Positions 60,801 through 64,000 of a DNA stretch of 64,000 bases are shown here, one piece after another. This stretch comes from an uncultured Flavobacteriales bacterium. Lineage in GTDB: Bacteria; Bacteroidota; Bacteroidia; Flavobacteriales_D; Sanyastnellaceae. The stretch lies in contig CALSRC010000013.1 in NCBI GenBank assembly GCA_943788645.1, positions 15,060-79,059 of the forward strand, in the 5' to 3' direction. A program made the translations under genes and the position numbers. Within the stretch, counting starts at the first letter, position 1. The number at the start of each line of letters is the position of its first letter. The notes under the pieces were generated by a model. It saw nothing but the letters and a program-made list of their open reading frames with translations. It was not told the DNA's origin and made no database searches.

Positions 60801-61820
60801 TGCATCGGCAAAGATTGCGTTGTTGTTCGTCGCATACCCGTTGATTTCCTCGTGGATGTCCATTGCACCCGAAACCTCTACAACCGGCTCGTTCGTGGTT
60901 GGGACAATCAATACGGATGTTTCATAAGGAGCAAACGGGTCGTGTGGGCACTGAAAGCTGACCATGGGCACATCGCCCTCGTCCAACCAATTCAAATCGC
61001 CTAAGGCACCTCCCGCGTTCATCTGGAATGAAATGTCCGAGCTGTATCCAACGTGGTTCGCAGCGCACAGCTGGAAGCCGCCAACAGATTCTGGAGCGTA
61101 GGTGTCCGTCGTCGCATCGGGGTTACCGTGTATGCCTTCGATGACCATAGGGATGTACGAACCATCACCTGGATTGTACCAAAACTTGGTGATCGGCGAA
61201 CCGGTATCGTCAAGAATGATGTCATTGTAATTCTCAATCGTCGCTGACGCCAGGGTGATGTACCCACCGGTTCCATTGCCAATGAGTCCTACCTTTTCTG
61301 AGTCGATTCCGAAAGGGTCTCCGCCCTCTTCTACTGACTTACGGAAGAACCGGACCGCCGTTCGGCTATCCTGAACACCGCGGTAGGCTGCTTGGATCAA
61401 TTGAAGCGTTCGCTCTTCTTGGGTTCCCGCTAAAGGATTCCACCCCAATCGGTAATCACATGAAGCCACAACGTATCCCATTTTGGCATAACGCGTCGCC
61501 ATCTCAACCTCCCAGTTGTCTGACTTGCTTCCGAGTGGACCTCCATTGAGGTAGGCCGGCAAGAAGTTTCCTGTGTGAAAAATGAGCAATAGCGGACGAT
61601 CCATTTCGGTATCTCCGGTGGGCTCGTAAACGTCCATTTTCAAGTCCTCCATTGCGGGCGGCATGCCTTGCAAAGCAGGGATTACGGTGATATTCTGACC
61701 GTAAACAACATCGGTTGTTACAGTCACTTCATCAAAGACCTCGTCGAGGTAACGGGTTTGCGCATCAGCTTGAAGCACAAACATGCACGCTAGGAGCGCG
61801 CCAAATAGGAGTCTTTTCAT
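57870..61820 (-). CDS. large secreted multidomain protein: two tandem esterase-like alpha/beta-fold modules, Cys-bounded mini-repeats, a CBM20/48-like module and a dockerin-like C-terminus
   Basis: Signal peptide 'MKRLLFGALLACMFVLQADAQ' and duplicated roughly 420-aa modules. There are six 'C...A.NY....A..DDGSC.Y' motifs. 'SFRVNMS...GVHLAGGFQGWDP...GTYEYKFINGDEW' looks like a carbohydrate-binding beta-sandwich. The terminus is 'GDLNGDGSVGTPDLLSFLSNFG'. Confidence 0.85.
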   Translation of the reverse strand: MKRLLFGALLACMFVLQADAQTRYLDEVFDEVTVTTDVVYGQNITVIPALQGMPPAMEDLKMDVYEPTGDTEMDRPLLLIFHTGNFLPAYLNGGPLGSKSDNWEVEMATRYAKMGYVVASCDYRLGWNPLAGTQEERTLQLIQAAYRGVQDSRTAVRFFRKSVEEGGDPFGIDSEKVGLIGNGTGGYITLASATIENYNDIILDDTGSPITKFWYNPGDGSYIPMVIEGIHGNPDATTDTYAPESVGGFQLCAANHVGYSSDISFQMNAGGALGDLNWLDEGDVPMVSFQCPHDPFAPYETSVLIVPTTNEPVVEVSGAMDIHEEINGYATNNNAIFADAGLEDGGSPANLGFDGLFPVLNSYVDGVPTEPFDSSPWQWWATAPVQAYDDANGTNILATQLTLNPTMGEAEAMMWIDEMVEYNTPRMGLALGAVTETTIAGGVRYVDEIFDDVEVTSGVVYGENITVIPALQGLPPAPENLLMDVYEPAGDSETDRPVILYFHTGNFLPQYVNGSAVGTRTDSSAVEICSRFARMGYVVASCDYRLGWNPLAGTQSERTLQLIQAAYRGVQDSRTAVRFFRKSAAEDGNPWGVGDKIAMFGEGTGGYITLASSTISDYNDIIVDDLGSPITKFWYDPGDGSFIPMVIEGIHGDPNATTDTYAPESVGGFQLCMANHVGYSSDFDFQMNLGGALGDLNWLDEGDMPMVSFHGPHDQFAPYTTGVLIVPTTNEPVVEVSGAYDIHDEINGYASNNNAPFAEIGLSDPAVAFGNNGWDGLYPVLNNYVDGAPTEPYDSSPWQWWNVAVTQAVDAANGTNIAATQLTLNPTMGPEEAMVWIDQIQDYTAPRLAASLEVVALGPGCNDETACNYNALATSDDGSCIYAEEGFDCDGNSLVVMGCTSAIACNYNGAATDDDGSCDFNESSTIATGAEVVWLVGVTLSGTENEIYAADCEAAGGVNPNVALNGVFLGDGTDGPMSLSNITDQTGGLLADLQLLAGLADISFCGNLIRFVDPITGGTVVLSETNGVWQSAVPIIGPSYLWAAPVSAFNMGCGDPMACGFTDFCDLSVACDYTDTDEDSVLDCQEVVGCQDASADNYDENATDAGDCNYNGCMDASAQNYEPGANVDDGSCSYLVSFRVNMSNETVSAAGVHLAGGFQGWDPGATAVPYIGYGVYELVIQLQQGTYEYKFINGDEWGMDESVGDCGIGGNRVITVSSNTLTSGACFNSCDQCPGCTDPAYAEYNPFSATDASYCLSAIAPGCTYEDAENYDASANSDDGSCTFNAGSCPGDLNGDGSVGTPDLLSFLSNFGISCE
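59232..61757 (-). repeat. tandem intragenic duplication, two units of about 1263 nt
   Basis: Copy 1 is 60495-61757 ('TRYLDEVFDEV...') and copy 2 is about 59232-60494 ('VRYVDEIFDDV...'). DNA similarity is visible, for example 59703 'catgggcatgtcgccctcgtccaaccagttcaaatcgcc' against 60963 'catgggcacatcgccctcgtccaaccaattcaaatcgcc'. Confidence 0.9.
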
Positions 61821-61968
61821 CAGATGGTTTTATCTGGGTGAGATTTGGTTTTCCGTCGTAAGGTATGAAAAAAATGTAAGTCGTGTGCGCAATACACTGA
61901 ATTTATCTCCTCAAACAAGCCTTTCAACGAGTCAATATAGAGTTTAAACGCCTTCTAGAGCGTATGGC

Positions 61969-64000
61969 TCAGCGGTTTTTTCGATGGTTAAATTCATAAA
62001 TCAAGCTACCATAGAGCATCCGACCGACAGCTGGGCCGCCGTACGCTTCGATGTGGATGTTTCGCAGCAAGTTTGAGCCGCCAAGTTTGACCGTCAAATT
62101 CAAAGGTTCGATGATGGCATTCACTTGAGCATCCAGCAAATCGTATTCCGGCACATTGCCTGTGAATTGAGGCGAGCCCTCAAACACGAATGACTGTACC
62201 CATTTGTAATTGACGCCAAATCCCCAAGTTGACTTGCCTTTGAGCTTAAAATCTCGACCTGTTATCCCCAAATTATACTTGAACCTTGGCGTGTTGAATG
62301 CCGGTATGATGGGATCATCCTCGTCCGTTTTGACCAACTCATTCCAACTGCCGTTGGCTGACAACATCACCTGATTATCCACGTAGTAATTGATGCCCAA
62401 TGAAGCTCCTTGTGTTTGAACCTCGCTCAAGGAATTCGCGGCATAGCGGTAAACATCAACTGCACGGGGTGATTGTTCATCACCGATGAACAAAGCATCC
62501 AATCCAATATTGTAACCGATGAAGTCCTGGTAAACGCTGAAATAGTACCCCCCATCGACGTAAACTTTCTCACCAAGCGTGGTTCGGTAACCGATTTCAA
62601 AAGTTCGCACCCGTTCCGGACGAATGGGGTCAATGTCAAAATAAACCAGCGTATCGCGATTCAAGCTATACTGACCCGAGGATGCATCGGCACTGTTTCG
62701 AAAGTCAATAAAGCTGCCAATGGTGATCAAATCAGTCGCCCCTTCCAAATTTCCAACAAGTGTCGCCGGACCCACATCCAAATACAGGTACTGATCAGCG
62801 AGCGTAGGATTGCGCAGGGCCGAACTAAAACTCATGCGGAGATAATCCTGCTCCCTGGGACTGTAAACGAGTGATGCCGCTGGAGAGTAAACCCAGTTAA
62901 AATTTTGGTTCTTGTCTGCTCGCAACGTTCCTGTCGCGATGAGACGGTCCTCCATAAACCGACGTTTCACTCCCGTGTAGAAGCCCACTTCCTGATTTAC
63001 GATGCGCTCCTCTGTCGTATCGCTGAAAATCGTTCCATCGCTCCACGGGGTGTAGCGGCGGTAATTGGCGCCCACTCGGATCTCCTCTAATCCCTGCGGC
63101 TCAAAAATGTACTCTCCGTGTGCATGGGTCAAACTCGACTGGTCAAAAAAGCGTGTTCCGCCTTCTCCTTCATTGTTTTTGGCCGAAATCAGTTCATTGA
63201 AATTCTGCTCAAACTCCGGAGTTCCAGGAGCCCAGTATCCCAATGGATTTTCGGCGACGTCGCCTAAGCCGGCATATCCAGCGTTGGCCCACGCTTCCAC
63301 TTGCGAGTGCCAAATAGACAAAGAATCACCATAAGAATTGTACCACGCTGGAATGGCTCCTTCTTCGTATCCATAAATCGGAAATCCAAATTCCGGATCG
63401 ACGCCCGTTTGGACGAGATCTGGCCAAGTTTCGTTGATTCCCGGCACAATGCTATCGACCCAGTACCGGTAATACACTTTGGAATACTGGTAATCCGATC
63501 GCGTTCTCTCTTGAAGCTTCAAGGCCGTGGCGTAGGGATCATAGGAATTACCGGCATCCTCGCTCGTGCGATAGGCCCGTACAAACCACTTGCCGCTTTT
63601 GCGCAATTCCAGTTTGTGCTGATAGAATTCAATGTCGCGCAAGCTGAATCGGTTGTCTCCCTGGTAAACCGTCGTGCCAAAGCCGGAATTAAATCCGTAA
63701 ACCAGCTCGGGGCTTTCGTAGGTTTCTTTTGGCTTGAGGCGCCAATGAAGCGCTGTGCTCACCTTCAGGTTTTCGGTGTTGTAATCGACCAGATCGATTT
63801 CCTTGTATCCTGTGCGGAAAAAATTCCCGAGGCCGCGGGAATTGCTGCTGCCATCGCCGGAATAATCAAACACGGGCTTGTATTCGTCCCCGTAAATGTT
63901 GACCGCATCAAACCGACCAGGGTTGGAGACATCTACTTGAGCCCCATCAACAGGACCGTAGTTGGCTGCTTCCCAATCGTAGGCGGAAAGGCGGAAAGCG
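61969..64000 (-). CDS. TonB-dependent receptor-like outer-membrane beta-barrel (C-terminal part; gene continues beyond the window end)
   Basis: The frame stays open from 63873 to base 64000, with no stop codons. The sequence is beta-strand-rich and Tyr/Gly/Asn-rich, ending '...GRMLYGSLIYEF'. Confidence 0.6.
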   Translation of the reverse strand, partial: AFRLSAYDWEAANYGPVDGAQVDVSNPGRFDAVNIYGDEYKPVFDYSGDGSSNSRGLGNFFRTGYKEIDLVDYNTENLKVSTALHWRLKPKETYESPELVYGFNSGFGTTVYQGDNRFSLRDIEFYQHKLELRKSGKWFVRAYRTSEDAGNSYDPYATALKLQERTRSDYQYSKVYYRYWVDSIVPGINETWPDLVQTGVDPEFGFPIYGYEEGAIPAWYNSYGDSLSIWHSQVEAWANAGYAGLGDVAENPLGYWAPGTPEFEQNFNELISAKNNEGEGGTRFFDQSSLTHAHGEYIFEPQGLEEIRVGANYRRYTPWSDGTIFSDTTEERIVNQEVGFYTGVKRRFMEDRLIATGTLRADKNQNFNWVYSPAASLVYSPREQDYLRMSFSSALRNPTLADQYLYLDVGPATLVGNLEGATDLITIGSFIDFRNSADASSGQYSLNRDTLVYFDIDPIRPERVRTFEIGYRTTLGEKVYVDGGYYFSVYQDFIGYNIGLDALFIGDEQSPRAVDVYRYAANSLSEVQTQGASLGINYYVDNQVMLSANGSWNELVKTDEDDPIIPAFNTPRFKYNLGITGRDFKLKGKSTWGFGVNYKWVQSFVFEGSPQFTGNVPEYDLLDAQVNAIIEPLNLTVKLGGSNLLRNIHIEAYGGPAVGRMLYGSLIYEFNHRKNR

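Noticed and set aside
1-64000. Search for rRNA, tRNA, CRISPR arrays, IS elements, integrases and prophage genes
   Set aside because: Every ORF over about 150 aa is accounted for by a chromosomal gene. No direct-repeat/spacer arrays, cloverleaf-like intergenic segments or transposase or integrase motifs were seen by eye. Small structured RNAs cannot be excluded without covariance-model scanning.

Overview
This is a dense 64 kb chromosomal window of about 60 genes, probably from a Bacteroidota genome (Flavobacteriia-like). Supporting this are two T9SS C-terminal sorting domains, a DUF3822-rsmD-coaD arrangement, an lptD-like/amidase/mlaD arrangement, DUF1573, and Lacal_2735- and DUF6728-like micro-ORFs. 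ATGA-type stop/start overlaps are frequent. Most content is housekeeping: ridA, fabG, rpmB, cinA, psd, cdsA, ftsH, rsfS, birA, pyrE, coaD, rsmD, ndk, rocD, aconitase, ppk1/ppx and valS. I found no rRNA, tRNA, CRISPR array, transposase, integrase or recognisable defence island. The most interesting items are listed here. (1) An eight-gene, about 6 kb minus-strand cluster at 48471-54484 links an FeS-type (6-4) photolyase-like gene, a DASH cryptochrome, three redox/hydrolase enzymes, two micro-ORFs absent from the ORF track (DUF2256-like and Lacal_2735-like), and an unrecognised terminal 152-aa gene. (2) The DASH cryptochrome N-terminal domain is split over three reading frames by at least four clustered frameshifts, while its FAD-binding half stays open. 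(3) A 1316-aa secreted protein has a roughly 1.26 kb tandem duplication of an esterase-like fold lacking the GxSxG serine. This is followed by six Cys-bounded 'NY...DDGSC' mini-repeats, a CBM-like module and a dockerin-like tail. (4) A secreted protein's T9SS sorting domain sits out of frame. (5) Ornithine aminotransferase carries a Cys-rich in-frame insertion. Overall this looks like an ordinary core region. None of these claims could be checked against databases here.
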